This document shows, in pieces, positions 20,130 to 33,400 of a DNA stretch of 64,000 bases (position 1 is its first letter; each line of letters opens with the position of its first letter). The DNA is from a plasmid: the sequence record NZ_CP086424.1. One strand, written 5' to 3'. The position numbers and the translations under genes are program-made. A model generated the notes under the pieces. It saw only the letters and a list, made by a program, of their open reading frames with translations. It ran no database searches and had not been told where the DNA came from.

Positions 20130-20791
20130 TGCGTAAGAGAGATTTCTTTTTTGGAGAGGTGTATGAGGGGAGTGGAGGAGCCACTCTACGACTGAGTGAT
20201 ATGGAACCATTGGCAAGAAAAGTGTCGGCAGAGTTCTTCACTGCACAACTGAACCGTATACTGAAAGAGCATGACGGTCAGTTGACGCTCAGCGATGGAA
20301 CGTCGTACCCCAGCTTTTGGAGCTTCATCGACAAGGTTGATCCAGAGCAGGTTGGTTTCGTGGAGATCTACGCTCGGCAGGATGTTAACGATAATGTTGA
20401 AGCGACACTGGCGTGTGACATCGTTTTGGTAAATGGTGTGATCACCGTTAAACCTCACTGGTGTGCTTACAAAGACATCAGGGCTGACGAAGTGATTTCC
20501 ACCTTACTGGTGCCTTTGCATTTGAAGGCTCTCCAGGGTAAGGCTTACATTCGCTGGGATGATGGTGAAACCGAACCTCTGTTACAAAACGACGACTATC
20601 AGGCTGAACTTGAAAATGTGTTTAGTGTTTCCAAGTACCCATCAGCCATGAGCTGGGGCGATACAGCAGACCAGAAGGTTAAGCAGTACAAGATGGACCT
20701 TGAGTGCGCCACAGATGTTGGTCGTCGAGGTGTCTCATCAGAGCAAGCATGGGATGCTTATCGAGAACTCCGTTACAATAGAACAGTGTGA
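20129..20791 (+). CDS. Hypothetical protein
   Basis: ORF of 220 aa. The ATG overlaps the upstream stop. Confidence 0.5.
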   Translation: MRKRDFFFGEVYEGSGGATLRLSDMEPLARKVSAEFFTAQLNRILKEHDGQLTLSDGTSYPSFWSFIDKVDPEQVGFVEIYARQDVNDNVEATLACDIVLVNGVITVKPHWCAYKDIRADEVISTLLVPLHLKALQGKAYIRWDDGETEPLLQNDDYQAELENVFSVSKYPSAMSWGDTADQKVKQYKMDLECATDVGRRGVSSEQAWDAYRELRYNRTV

Positions 20792-20794
20792 AAC

Positions 20795-20815
20795 AAGCGG
20801 CCATCGGCCGCTTTG
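20795..20815 (+). terminator. Rho-independent terminator
   Basis: GCGGCCATCGGCCGC hairpin plus TTTG. Confidence 0.55.
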
Positions 20816-20817
20816 AA

Positions 20818-20833
20818 CTTTCACATGTGAAAG
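20818..20833. repeat. 16-bp palindrome CTTTCACATGTGAAAG, copy 2
   Basis: Identical to the other three copies. It lies 64 bp upstream of activator box 3. Confidence 0.9.
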
Positions 20834-20881
20834 TTTTTCGCCTCCCGCTCTTATCATCTCCTCGAATAAACCTCCATAAAG

Positions 20882-20906
20882 TGCCCAAAATGGGCCGTAA
20901 CAGCAC
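20882..20906 (+). promoter_or_regulatory. AcaCD/SetCD-like activator box, copy 3 (PtraL operon)
   Basis: TGCCCAAAATGGGCCGTAACAGCAC. Confidence 0.55.
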
Positions 20907-21114
20907 TGTTCCTAGATTGATCAATTAAGAGACGATTACTCCGTGATGACGACAAGTTATTTGGAGGGTCTATGTCCGCACAAGCTCACGTCAGAGAAAG
21001 CGAAAGCTCATCTGGTTCATTCATCTCCTGGCAGTTCCTTGTCTGGCAGGTGATGTTCGTTATAGGTGTTGTTGCAGGGATGAACCTGGAACACGCATTC
21101 AATTTTCTAGGTTA

Positions 21115-21492
21115 ATGGGAGGAAGTGTGAACCTTAATAAACAATTTTTCTGGTTTTTGATGAACGCGGTGCTGATGTGCATCTTCATCGTTCCAGTGGC
21201 CGTCGCGTTTTGGCTGTCTGCTTTTGCGGCAGGTTTTGACTGGAGTCAGTGGGTTAAGTTGGCTGCTGATACGGCCAACAGAGCTGCAAGTGACCCGGCC
21301 AAGGCTCTGGGCACGGTTCAGACCTACTGGGGCATTCTCAGCTTCTTCCTGCTGGCGGCGTACAGTCTGATGTTCAAGTTTAAAGCCAATGCTAACAAGG
21401 AAGTGAAAACTCTGGAGGTGGCCCGACCAGCCAATGAAGTTAGCGTTGCGGCTTCGGAAAAACATTCGGAAGCGGTTCCTCAAAATCAATAA
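21115..21492 (+). CDS. Small membrane protein upstream of traL
   Basis: Two hydrophobic helices. Followed by a strong terminator. Confidence 0.45.
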   Translation: MGGSVNLNKQFFWFLMNAVLMCIFIVPVAVAFWLSAFAAGFDWSQWVKLAADTANRAASDPAKALGTVQTYWGILSFFLLAAYSLMFKFKANANKEVKTLEVARPANEVSVAASEKHSEAVPQNQ

Positions 21493-21510
21493 CCGATCCA
21501 GTAAACGCAA

Positions 21511-21540
21511 AAAAGGCGGCTTAGGCCGCCTTTTTTTATT
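21511..21540 (+). terminator. Rho-independent terminator
   Basis: AAAAAGGCGGCTTAGGCCGCCTTTTTTTATTT. Confidence 0.7.
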
Positions 21541-21636
21541 TGTCGCTGGAAGTGCCCGAAAAGGGCGCGAAGCCGTGGCAGAAAATCAGTGACCCTGAAT
21601 GAGAATACAGGCCACTAGGAAAAGAAGAGGGTTGCT

Positions 21637-21918
21637 ATGAAGCCTGTAAAGATACCGCGCCGGGTCGATGAGCCCCCGCATCTGCTGTTGTGGAGCGCAG
21701 ATGAGTTGGCCCCGATGCTTTTGGGGCTAACGATAGGGGTCATCATCGGTAAGGCTCTGATCTGCTTTCTGGGGGGGTTACTTGTAACCAACCTTTATCG
21801 CCGATTCAGGGATAACCATCCGGATGGATACCTGCTCCACATGATCTACTGGGCCGGGTTCATCATGACCAAGGCCAAATCTCTCAAGAACCCGTTTGTC
21901 CGGAGGTATTTGCCTTGA
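21637..21918 (+). CDS. traL: Pilus assembly protein TraL
   Basis: 93 aa with one TM segment. First gene of the traLEKBVA block. Confidence 0.75.
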   Translation: MKPVKIPRRVDEPPHLLLWSADELAPMLLGLTIGVIIGKALICFLGGLLVTNLYRRFRDNHPDGYLLHMIYWAGFIMTKAKSLKNPFVRRYLP

Positions 21919-22541
21919 ACCTGAAAAAGTATCTCAAGACCTGGGAAGGGACCCAAACAGAAAATAAGTGGGGGCGAATCTTCCAGGGTGGTCTTATTGC
22001 TATCGTTTTCCTGCTGGTGGTCCAAGTATTCAGCAAGGAAACCATCGTCACTATCCAGCCTTTCACGCTCACGGAAGAAGCCTGGGTGACGAAAAGTAAC
22101 GCCTCTCAGTCCTATAAAGAGGCTTGGGGTTTCGCTTTTGCTCAGCTCCTTGGCAATGTGACGCCAGGAACCGTTGACTTTGTGAAAGAACGGATCACCC
22201 CGCTTCTCTCCCCGAGCATCTATCAGGACGTGATTGATGCCATCGAAATTCAAGCTCAACAGATCAAGAACGACCGCGTAACCATGCGGTTTGAGCCGCG
22301 TTTTGTTGAGTACGAGCCCAAGAGCGACAAGGTGTTTGTCTACGGATATTCCTACGTCAAAGGGGCTTCTTCTAACGAAGAGCGTAGCGAACGCTCCTAC
22401 GAGTTCGCCATCAAGATTTCAAACTACGCGCCCGTGCTGGACTACATCGACACCTATGTAGGAAAGCCACGCACCAAAACTGTTTTGGAGCAACTCCAGC
22501 GCAAAGAAGAAAACCGGAGAAAGCATGAAGAACAACGCTAA
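21915..22541 (+). CDS. traE: Pilus assembly protein TraE
   Basis: 208 aa with an N-terminal TM helix. Its start overlaps the traL stop. Confidence 0.75.
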   Translation: MNLKKYLKTWEGTQTENKWGRIFQGGLIAIVFLLVVQVFSKETIVTIQPFTLTEEAWVTKSNASQSYKEAWGFAFAQLLGNVTPGTVDFVKERITPLLSPSIYQDVIDAIEIQAQQIKNDRVTMRFEPRFVEYEPKSDKVFVYGYSYVKGASSNEERSERSYEFAIKISNYAPVLDYIDTYVGKPRTKTVLEQLQRKEENRRKHEEQR

Positions 22542-23442
22542 ACTTTCGCTCCTGGCGCTGTCCTTGGCGCTTGGAACTTCAATGGCCTATGCCTCGGATG
22601 ACATTCCTGTTGTCCCGGCCAGTGTTATGAAAAAGGATGTTCCTGCCCCTGTGACGTCAGGACAAAGCTCCCATGAGGTTGTGGGCAGCATGAATGAAAA
22701 CCCCTTACTGACGATGAAGCCGGGGGTTAACCAGATCATCCCGATAGCCGTTGGTCATCCGAACCGAATCGTCACGCCTTTCAGCAATCCTGAGATCGTT
22801 TCAACATCTCTGACCGGGGCGACGGATAACGGCCAGTGTGGTGAGGTCTGCATCAAAGAGAATGTGGTCTATGTCGCCACGGATAAGCAGTATCCGGTGA
22901 CTATGTTCATTACTGAAAAAGGCTCGGAAGCCCAAGCTCTCAGCCTGACGATGGTTCCCCGTCGTATTCCGCCCAGAGAAGTCTTTCTCAAGCTCGATGG
23001 TGGTGTAGGTATCACTGGTGCTTTTGCCAATACCAAGGCTGAGACCTGGGAACAGAGCCAGCCTTATGTCGAAACCATCCGGTCGGTATTCCGCAAGATT
23101 GCTCTTGGTGAAGTCCCTCAAGGTTACACGTTGAACCGCATCCCTGCTGGTGCTGCGGTGCCGAGCTGCGCTCATCCTGGGGTAAAGGTGGATTTCAGCA
23201 AGGGGCAATACATGATGGGCCACCACCTTAACGTGTTCATCGGTGTCGCCCTGAACGTCTCTGATCAGCCTATTGAGTTCAAAGAGGCGTTGTGTGGGAG
23301 CTGGGATGTGGCTGCGGTGACTACGTGGCCGCTTAACGTGCTTGAGCCCGGCCAGAAGACGGAGATCTATGTGGCGAAGAAGCAGAAGCGTGGTCTCGCA
23401 CCAACGTCTAAGCGTCCATCGCTGCTGGGAGGTGCCCAATGA
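22525..23442 (+). CDS. traK: Secretin-like TraK
   Basis: Signal peptide, 305 aa, position in the block. Confidence 0.75.
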   Translation: MKNNAKLSLLALSLALGTSMAYASDDIPVVPASVMKKDVPAPVTSGQSSHEVVGSMNENPLLTMKPGVNQIIPIAVGHPNRIVTPFSNPEIVSTSLTGATDNGQCGEVCIKENVVYVATDKQYPVTMFITEKGSEAQALSLTMVPRRIPPREVFLKLDGGVGITGAFANTKAETWEQSQPYVETIRSVFRKIALGEVPQGYTLNRIPAGAAVPSCAHPGVKVDFSKGQYMMGHHLNVFIGVALNVSDQPIEFKEALCGSWDVAAVTTWPLNVLEPGQKTEIYVAKKQKRGLAPTSKRPSLLGGAQ

Positions 23443-24755
23443 TTAAGCGATTTTGGACACAGTTAGACCCCAACAAGAAGCGTTGGGTGTCTATCGCTGG
23501 CGGCGTCTTCGTTCTTTTTGCGGTCGTGACAATGTTCTCTGGTGAACCCAAGAAAGAAGAGAAGCGCGGTCGCCAAGAAACCATCAAGCACGTTCTCACA
23601 GACAAAAACACCCGTGAGATCGGGATAGATTCGTTGTCTGCCGATGTGAAGATGGTGTCTCGTGAAAACTCCGACCTGAAAAAGGAGCTGGAACGAGTCA
23701 AGAAAGAGCTGGAGGAAACCAAAACCACTGCCGGGAAATCCAGTGATGTTGGCCGTGAGATGACCCGCCTTCGTCAAGATTTGGACCGCCTGACCCAGAA
23801 GAACATGGAATTGGCTAAGAAAGTCGAAACCGGCGCTGCTGGTGGAAAAACATCCTCTTCATCAGAGGATGCCAGAGCCGATGTTAATGGTGCATCTGGT
23901 GGTGATGGTCAGTTCATGGAGAAAAAGCTCGACTACAAAGATCCTGCATCCTTTTTTCGGGACGCACCGCTTCCTGACTCGAAGGGTGGGGCTCCTGCAA
24001 CTGGCAAGGGAGACGGTCGTGATGCAACTAAACCAGGCATCCAAATAGTGAGCTACTCGCAGAAAGCGCCAGAAGTTGAAGAGAAGGACAACAAGGATGA
24101 TGAGTCTATCTACCTACCTTCTGGCTCCATCCTGACAGGGGTGCTCATCAACGGTATGGACGCACCAACATCTCAAGGTGCTCGTCGAGATCCGTTCCCT
24201 TCGACCCTCAGGATTCAGAAAGAGGCTATTTTGCCTAACCGCTTCCGTGCGGATGTTCGTGAGTGCTTCCTGATTGTTTCAGGCTATGGAGATCTCAGTT
24301 CAGAGCGAGCGTACCTGCGTGGCGAGACCTTCTCGTGCGTTCGGGATGATGGGGGTGTCATAGAAGCGAAGCTGGATTCCTATGCAGTGGGTGAAGACGG
24401 TAAGGCCGGTGTCCGTGGTCGCGTCGTATCGAAGCAGGGGCAAATCATCGCCAAGAGCTTGATGGCAGGCTTCCTTGGTGGCGTTTCCGAAGCCTTTGAC
24501 GTCAATCCTGTGCCGGTCGTTAGCACTAACCCTGGCTCAAATACCCAGTACCAGTCTGTGTTCTCCGACCAGATGTTGCAGGGAGCAGCAGTGAAGGGGG
24601 CCAGTAAGGCGCTAGATCGCATCGCTCAGTTCTATATCGACATGGCCGAAGGCATCTTCCCTGTTATCGAGGTCGATGCTGGCCGTCAGGTAGACATCAT
24701 CGTGACCAAAGGAACCAAGCTACAAATTCGTTCCACCGGGGGAACCAAGAAATGA
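23439..24755 (+). CDS. traB: TraB (VirB10-like)
   Basis: N-terminal TM helix, coiled-coil and Pro-rich linker, conserved C-terminal domain. 438 aa. Confidence 0.75.
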   Translation: MIKRFWTQLDPNKKRWVSIAGGVFVLFAVVTMFSGEPKKEEKRGRQETIKHVLTDKNTREIGIDSLSADVKMVSRENSDLKKELERVKKELEETKTTAGKSSDVGREMTRLRQDLDRLTQKNMELAKKVETGAAGGKTSSSSEDARADVNGASGGDGQFMEKKLDYKDPASFFRDAPLPDSKGGAPATGKGDGRDATKPGIQIVSYSQKAPEVEEKDNKDDESIYLPSGSILTGVLINGMDAPTSQGARRDPFPSTLRIQKEAILPNRFRADVRECFLIVSGYGDLSSERAYLRGETFSCVRDDGGVIEAKLDSYAVGEDGKAGVRGRVVSKQGQIIAKSLMAGFLGGVSEAFDVNPVPVVSTNPGSNTQYQSVFSDQMLQGAAVKGASKALDRIAQFYIDMAEGIFPVIEVDAGRQVDIIVTKGTKLQIRSTGGTKK

Positions 24756-25330
24756 AAAATTTGAACATTTTGACCAGAAAGGGCAGTTCCAGAGGCGAGG
24801 CTCAAAAGGAACAGGCAGTAAGATCCGCAAAGATGTTGGGGGTGGGTGCAGCGCTACTTATTTTGTCGGGCTGTTCGACGTTCAACATCGGCAAGGATGA
24901 GTATAGCTGTCCGGGAATGCCGAATGGTGTTCAGTGTATGTCAGCGCGAGACGTTTACGCCGCAACCAATGACGGAAATGTCCCGCGTCCAATGAAACCA
25001 GAGGAAGTCGAGGCCAAAGCGGAAGCGGATGGCGAAGGTTCCTCAAACGTTTCAGCGAACTCATCTAGCTCCGGAGACCCGGTGATTGACAACTATGTCG
25101 CACCGCGTCTTCCGGATCGCCCGATTCCAATTCGTACACCAGCACAGGTTATGCGGATTTGGGTAGCTCCCTGGGAGGACACCAATGGTGATCTCATCGT
25201 GACAGGGTATGTCTATACCGAAATCGAACCGCGCAGGTGGGTGATTGGGGATGGCACACCGCAAAGTGAGCCAGTTTTGAGACCGCTGCAAACGGTACAA
25301 CACGAACCGAAGTCTGAAACAACCAAATAG
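24752..25330 (+). CDS. traV: Lipoprotein TraV
   Basis: LLILSGCST lipobox. The likely true start is the internal ATG near 24827. Confidence 0.7.
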   Translation: MKNLNILTRKGSSRGEAQKEQAVRSAKMLGVGAALLILSGCSTFNIGKDEYSCPGMPNGVQCMSARDVYAATNDGNVPRPMKPEEVEAKAEADGEGSSNVSANSSSSGDPVIDNYVAPRLPDRPIPIRTPAQVMRIWVAPWEDTNGDLIVTGYVYTEIEPRRWVIGDGTPQSEPVLRPLQTVQHEPKSETTK

Positions 25331-25333
25331 GAG

Positions 25334-25726
25334 ATGTTCTTGATGAACGCAAATCAGTTGGCGAATGCCTCAAGTAAAAACAACGCACTCTTCCTCTTCC
25401 TGGGGTTGATGGTGGTAGCCTTCCTGCTCGTGCCGGATCAGGCCCACGCTGGTACTGGTGGTACAGCGTTTGACGACGTATGGGTAACTCTCAAGGATTG
25501 GACCCAAGGTACTTTGGGTCGAATCGTTGCGGGTGCGATGATCCTGGTCGGTGTTGTTGGTGGTATCGCTCGCCAGAGCCTCATGGCTTTCGCTATGGGT
25601 ATCGGTGGCGGTATGGGCCTGTACAACTCCCCGACCGTAGTGGAATCCATCATGTCTGCTACTCTGGAACATGCAGAGAAGGTCATCCCGGCTGTTGTGC
25701 AACTCAGCAATGGCCTGGGGGTGTAA
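25334..25726 (+). CDS. traA: Pilin precursor TraA
   Basis: Long leader followed by two hydrophobic segments. The likely start is 25343. Confidence 0.7.
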   Translation: MFLMNANQLANASSKNNALFLFLGLMVVAFLLVPDQAHAGTGGTAFDDVWVTLKDWTQGTLGRIVAGAMILVGVVGGIARQSLMAFAMGIGGGMGLYNSPTVVESIMSATLEHAEKVIPAVVQLSNGLGV

Positions 25727-25757
25727 AAGACACCTTGCCGTTAATCAACGGGTGATA

Positions 25758-25790
25758 GGGGCAGCCTAAAAGCTGCCCTTATTTTTTGGC
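25758..25790 (+). terminator. Rho-independent terminator after traA
   Basis: GGGCAGCCTAAAAGCTGCCC plus TTATTTTTT. Confidence 0.7.
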
Positions 25791-25819
25791 AAAAAGTCCA
25801 GTCATAACAAATTCCAACT

Positions 25820-25824
25820 ATTTC
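25820..25824. repeat. 5-bp target-site duplication ATTTC (left)
   Basis: Directly abuts the ISEcp1 left inverted repeat. An identical pentamer lies at 30304–30308. Confidence 0.6.
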
Positions 25825-28742
<2,918 letters not shown>

Positions 28743-28835
28743 CTGACGATGAGGCCCAGGATATTGGGCCTCCTTTCTTTCTCTTTTTTTCCTGTTGTCA
28801 TCTACACTTAACAAAAATACAGCAAGGAAAATCCC

Positions 28836-29369
28836 ATGCGCATTTTGCCCGTCGTTGCTGCAGTTACGGCTGCATTCCTGGTTGTCGCGTGTAGCTCCCC
28901 GACACCGCCGAAAGGCGTTACCGTGGTAAATAACTTTGATGCCAAACGCTATCTGGGAACCTGGTATGAAATTGCGCGCTTCGACCATCGTTTCGAGCGC
29001 GGATTGGATAAAGTGACCGCAACATACAGCTTGCGCGACGACGGCGGCATCAACGTTATTAACAAGGGCTATAACCCTGACAGGGAGATGTGGCAGAAAA
29101 CGGAAGGGAAAGCCTATTTCACCGGCGACCCAAGCAGAGCCGCGCTTAAGGTTTCTTTTTTCGGCCCCTTCTATGGCGGGTATAACGTAATTGCACTCGA
29201 CCGGGAATATCGTCACGCGCTGGTTTGTGGTCCGGATCGCGACTACCTGTGGATCCTTTCACGGACCCCTACTATTTCAGATGAAATGAAACAGCAAATG
29301 TTAGCCATCGCGACCCGGGAAGGGTTTGAAGTGAATAAACTGATTTGGGTGAAACAGCCTGGCGCTTAG
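28836..29369 (+). CDS. blc: Outer-membrane lipocalin Blc
   Basis: 177 aa. Lipobox VVACSSP. Lipocalin GTWYEIA motif. Confidence 0.85.
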
Positions 29370-29683
29370 TGAGTGCTCAGCTTCAGACCAATAATGCCAG
29401 CAACGATCAGCCCAAGGCTCAGCAAACGTGCCGGGCTGGCAGACTCACCCAGCAGCAAAATCCCTGTAATGGCCGCCCCAACAGCGCCAATACCGGTCCA
29501 GACCGCATAAGCGGTTCCTACAGGCAACGTGCGCATTGCCCAAGAGAGCATGGCGATACTGACGATCATCGCCGCAATAGTGATAATGCTTGGCGTAAGA
29601 CGCGTAAAACCGTGGGTGTATTTCAGGCCAATCGCCCAGACAACTTCGAGCAAACCTGCAATTAATAAAACGATCCAGGACAT
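29366..29683 (-). CDS. sugE: SMR-family quaternary-ammonium efflux protein SugE
   Basis: 105 aa with four TM helices. The true start is the internal ATG, not the longer six-frame ORF. Confidence 0.85.
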
Positions 29684-30303
29684 ATCAGGCTCCAGAACAA
29701 TGGGGCCGTCCCCGGTGAAAGAAGCGTTTGCAGGTCGTCCTGCAAAGCTAATGTGTGAAATGGCATTTTTGCCCGGAAGAAAATGAATTTCAACCTTTTT
29801 ATTCACCGCCTGCTAAAAGCAAGAATTAAGCATAATTAGCGGCGTAGTTCCCGCATTTGGCACTCATCGGAGTTCTCTATGATGAAGGGCTTTCTGAAAC
29901 CAGAAAGTCGATTGCCCCTCTTCTGAATGCGAAACGTTTATGCTTAAAATTTTAGTGATTGACCGGTGCCACTTTACCCGCACAGGGATAGAGGCCTTGC
30001 TTAATCATTCTGGCAGGTTCAGCTCCTCATTTCTGGTATCAGGAATCAATAATCTCCTGTTAGCAAAAGAGCATATTTTGCAATGGAAACCGCATCTGGT
30101 GATCGCGGATTTATACAGTTTTATTAGCGAGACGCACTCCAGTCCGCCAATTAAACCTTTTTTTATGAGTTGTGGCGTCATCCCACTAATTTTACTGCAA
30201 TCAGCAGACAGACAGCATGCACCCATCGTGCCCTCTCAATCCGTAGCCCATTCGGTCTTGACCAAGCACACCACGCTGAACACACTCTCCCACACAATTC
30301 AGG

Positions 30304-30308
30304 ATTTC
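30304..30308. repeat. 5-bp target-site duplication ATTTC (right)
   Basis: Matches 25820–25824. Confidence 0.6.
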
Positions 30309-30314
30309 CTTATT

Positions 30315-30340
30315 TGCTCAAAAAGGGCACTTCCACAGCC
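30315..30340 (+). promoter_or_regulatory. AcaCD/SetCD-like activator box, copy 4 (promoter of the 1828-aa gene)
   Basis: TGCTCAAAAAGGGCACTTCCACAGCC, 96 bp upstream of the ATG at 30411. It lies immediately outside the ISEcp1 unit. Confidence 0.5.
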
Positions 30341-30410
30341 CATGTTTATGCACTCCCTCCCGTAACCTCCAGCATTGGGTTCTTGTAACTCAAAACGAAT
30401 GGAGAATGCG

Positions 30411-33400
30411 ATGATCAATTTCAAGCCTAAAATTCCGGCGATGCTTGGGGCTCTGGCGGTTCTTACCGCTGGTGCTGCTCATGCAGAGCTGCTGGAATAC
30501 ACCTTTAAGGCTCCAGATGGTACGCAACGGTCTCTGACTCCGAATGCCAACTATGCCAACCCAACGGGCAATATCTCGTTTGCCTTGAGTGCCGGTATCG
30601 ACCGAAAGGTAAAGATTTCGGTGCTTCGGTCGGATGGAACAGTGGTTTCGACAGCGACCAGCCACCTTCTTGGGGCTACTGATCGCATCACAGTGGGTGG
30701 AAAATCCTACTATGGTGCGGAACTTCAACTACCAGCTCCAGTTGGTGGGGCATACACTATCAGGGCGGAAATTCTTGCCTCTGATGGTTCTACAGTACAG
30801 ACGGATGAATACCCTCTTACTGTCGATGTGACGCCGCCAACCTACTCTTCGCTTGCCCCGGTTTATAGTAACTATGGGCAGGTTACTAGCGGTGATGTTT
30901 GGAAACTGGGTCTAGGTGGCTCTGAGGATAATGCCTTTTTGCTGTCAGGAATCTCTGATGAGTCACCCATCAAAGGCGTCAAAGCAAAGCTGTATCGTCA
31001 AGACGGTTCACTCTACAAAGATGTATCCGTGAACTACGATGACGCTAACGGACAAGCTAGACAGTCTTTCCAATCTGGCTTTTTCCCAGCCTCTGACTTG
31101 GATGAAGTGTTTACACTTCAGTTTGAGATAAGCGATAGCGCTGGAAATAGCTATCTTTCACCTCGTCAAAAAGTGATGTTTGATAGCATAACCAATGCTC
31201 CGTCTGCACCTTTTGGTGTTTATGACCCTTCAAGTACAAACAACTTAGGCCCTGGATTAACCGGATTTGTTGCTTACACTGAGGGCATGACAGTTAAAAC
31301 TAACCCAATCAAGTTAGCTTGGCGTGTTCCGCGTGATAACTGGCATGAGTATAGAGAAGGTGGGATAAATATGACCAATGCCTTGGGAGAGATGTCCAAG
31401 GTAGGAGAAGATGCCAGCTATGTTTATCTCGTCACAACCGCACCTTATGGCAATACCGACGGCAATTATTGGCGTTGGGTGAACTTCGGCCAGTGGGGGG
31501 GAGGCGGTATTGCTTATAACCTCACACTCTCTCCATCAGCGCCTAAAAGTCCCAGACTTTTGGGTGTGGACTACAATTACAGTGATATAGGATGGTCTAG
31601 TTTTTACCGCTACTGGGTGAACAATTCTGTTCTTCCTGTCACTGTTAGTAGTATCCGTGTCAAAGTTGAACCAAGGCCTTACGTTCAAACTGCCGTTCAC
31701 AGGGGAAGCTGTGAAATTCCTGTTGGTCAAGATAGCTGCGTGATTGCAAATAGCTTCACAATGGCTAAAGGCACAACAGGGTACGTCCACGATAATGCGA
31801 CAGTTTTCAATCCGGATAAATCTCTTCGCTCGAATCCTCTTTGGGCAGAGGTTAACTGGAACGATCAGCACTACCCTCAGCTAAGTCAGCAGTTCGATCA
31901 AAATAGCAAGGTATTTACCTTATTCGTTAACCAGCCAGGACGAGGCGCTTACTTTGATAGGCTGCGTCTGCGAAGTGCATGGATTGAAGATAGCAAAGGC
32001 AACAAGCTGTCTCCAACTGGTGGGTTAATAGCCAACAACTGGGAGAACTACACTTACCAGTGGGATCTTAAAACTCTCCCTGAGGGGCAATACAGTCTTG
32101 TTGCCGCAGCAGAGGAGATGCACGGGCCTTTAACGCGACAACCAATGTTCCAGATAACGTCTGATAGAACGCCACCAACCATGACACTCAGTGTGGCAGA
32201 TGGAGCAGCTATCCAGACTCTAGATGATGTTGTTATTACCTTGGCTGATGCTATCGACCCTTCACCTAAATTGACCTCTATTGCCCTTGTAGGGGGGCCT
32301 GCCAATGACAAGGTGCAGTTGTCTTGGCGTGAGGAGTCGAAAGGTCGATTCCGCCTTGAGTACCCGGTAATGTTCCCTTCTTTGAAGGAAGGGGAATCTT
32401 ACACGCTGACTGTTTCCGGTGAGGATGCACAAGGCAATGCGGTTCAAAAGGCTGTTGGCTTCGAGTACAAACCTCGTCAGGTAATGCTGGCGGATGGGAT
32501 GGATGGCAAGGTCATGGTCCCCGCTGTCACTCATGAATTTGTTCATGCAGATGGCAAACGGATCATCGAAACCAAGCCGCTGACGCTCAGTGATGGTGCT
32601 GTCGTGACAGGTTCATACGACGTGTTTGCGACCCTACGTTCTGATGCGAAAGTACCGCTGGTGGTTAATGGGGTGCGTATCGAGCCAGGCCAGACAATGG
32701 GGATCATGAGCCAACATGATTTCGGTGCGTCAGGTGGTCGTTTGAGCATTCCGGTTAAACCTGCTGTTCCTGATGTGGTCGGCTCTTCCAGCCTTCTTGT
32801 CATGACCTCCGCGCCGAACTCACCCATCTTGGTTGTGGACATCAATACCTGGAAAGGGACGGCTAAGCTCTCTGCTGAATCATGGACAATTCGCCAGGTC
32901 ATTGACCCAGTGAAAATCTATGCCCTGCCAGAGTCGGGTGTGCCTTGCCGGTTCACCACGAAAGAGGATGTGGCTATGGCCGCAGACCCAATTCGTGACC
33001 CGGTGTGTTTGCTCCAGTGGGACAGAACTCCAGATGAGGCTGAACAAACTACGCAGGACAACAACGGGATGAAAGTTGCTGGGCTGGTGGGGCAGGCTGT
33101 GAGCATTGGTGAACAACCTGTCGAATACAGCCTGTACCTGTTCAGTGGTGACGGTTCCAAGGTAAAAGTTGGGTCTGGCTCTCAGAACCTGACGGTAACT
33201 ACTGCCTATGGCTCTGTTGGCTACACCCCGATTGATGACATTGCTCAGGTGAATCGCGTCATTGAAGATTTTGATGTGAACTTCAAGCAGAGCAAGGGGC
33301 CAGACTGTTCTATAACCCTCAGCGCAGACCGTGCGAAAAAAGAGGCCGCGAACAAGGCTGTTGGTAGTGCAAGCCGTGCCTGTCTGTTCGAGTGGCAGCA

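Larger units (their letters stand above)
29940..30365 (+). pseudogene. Truncated response-regulator gene (ΔecnR-like) running across the transposition-unit end
   Basis: Receiver-domain-like N-terminus (KILVIDRCHFTRTGIEALL…KPHLVIADL). The ORF continues past the inferred unit end at 30303 into backbone sequence. Confidence 0.4.

Noticed and set aside
24600-24755. Possible activator box upstream of traV inside the end of traB (TGACCAAAGGAACCAAGCTACAAATTCG)
   Set aside because: It matches the 25-bp consensus at only about half of the positions and lacks the palindromic core, so it is not counted as a copy.
29366-29806. Longer 146-aa minus-strand ORF for sugE, and the 409-aa ORF for blaCMY-2 starting at 27513
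   Set aside because: The internal ATGs give the canonical 105-aa SugE and 381-aa CMY-2. The upstream in-frame extensions lack RBS support, and the blaCMY-2 extension begins in non-coding sequence next to the ISEcp1 end.
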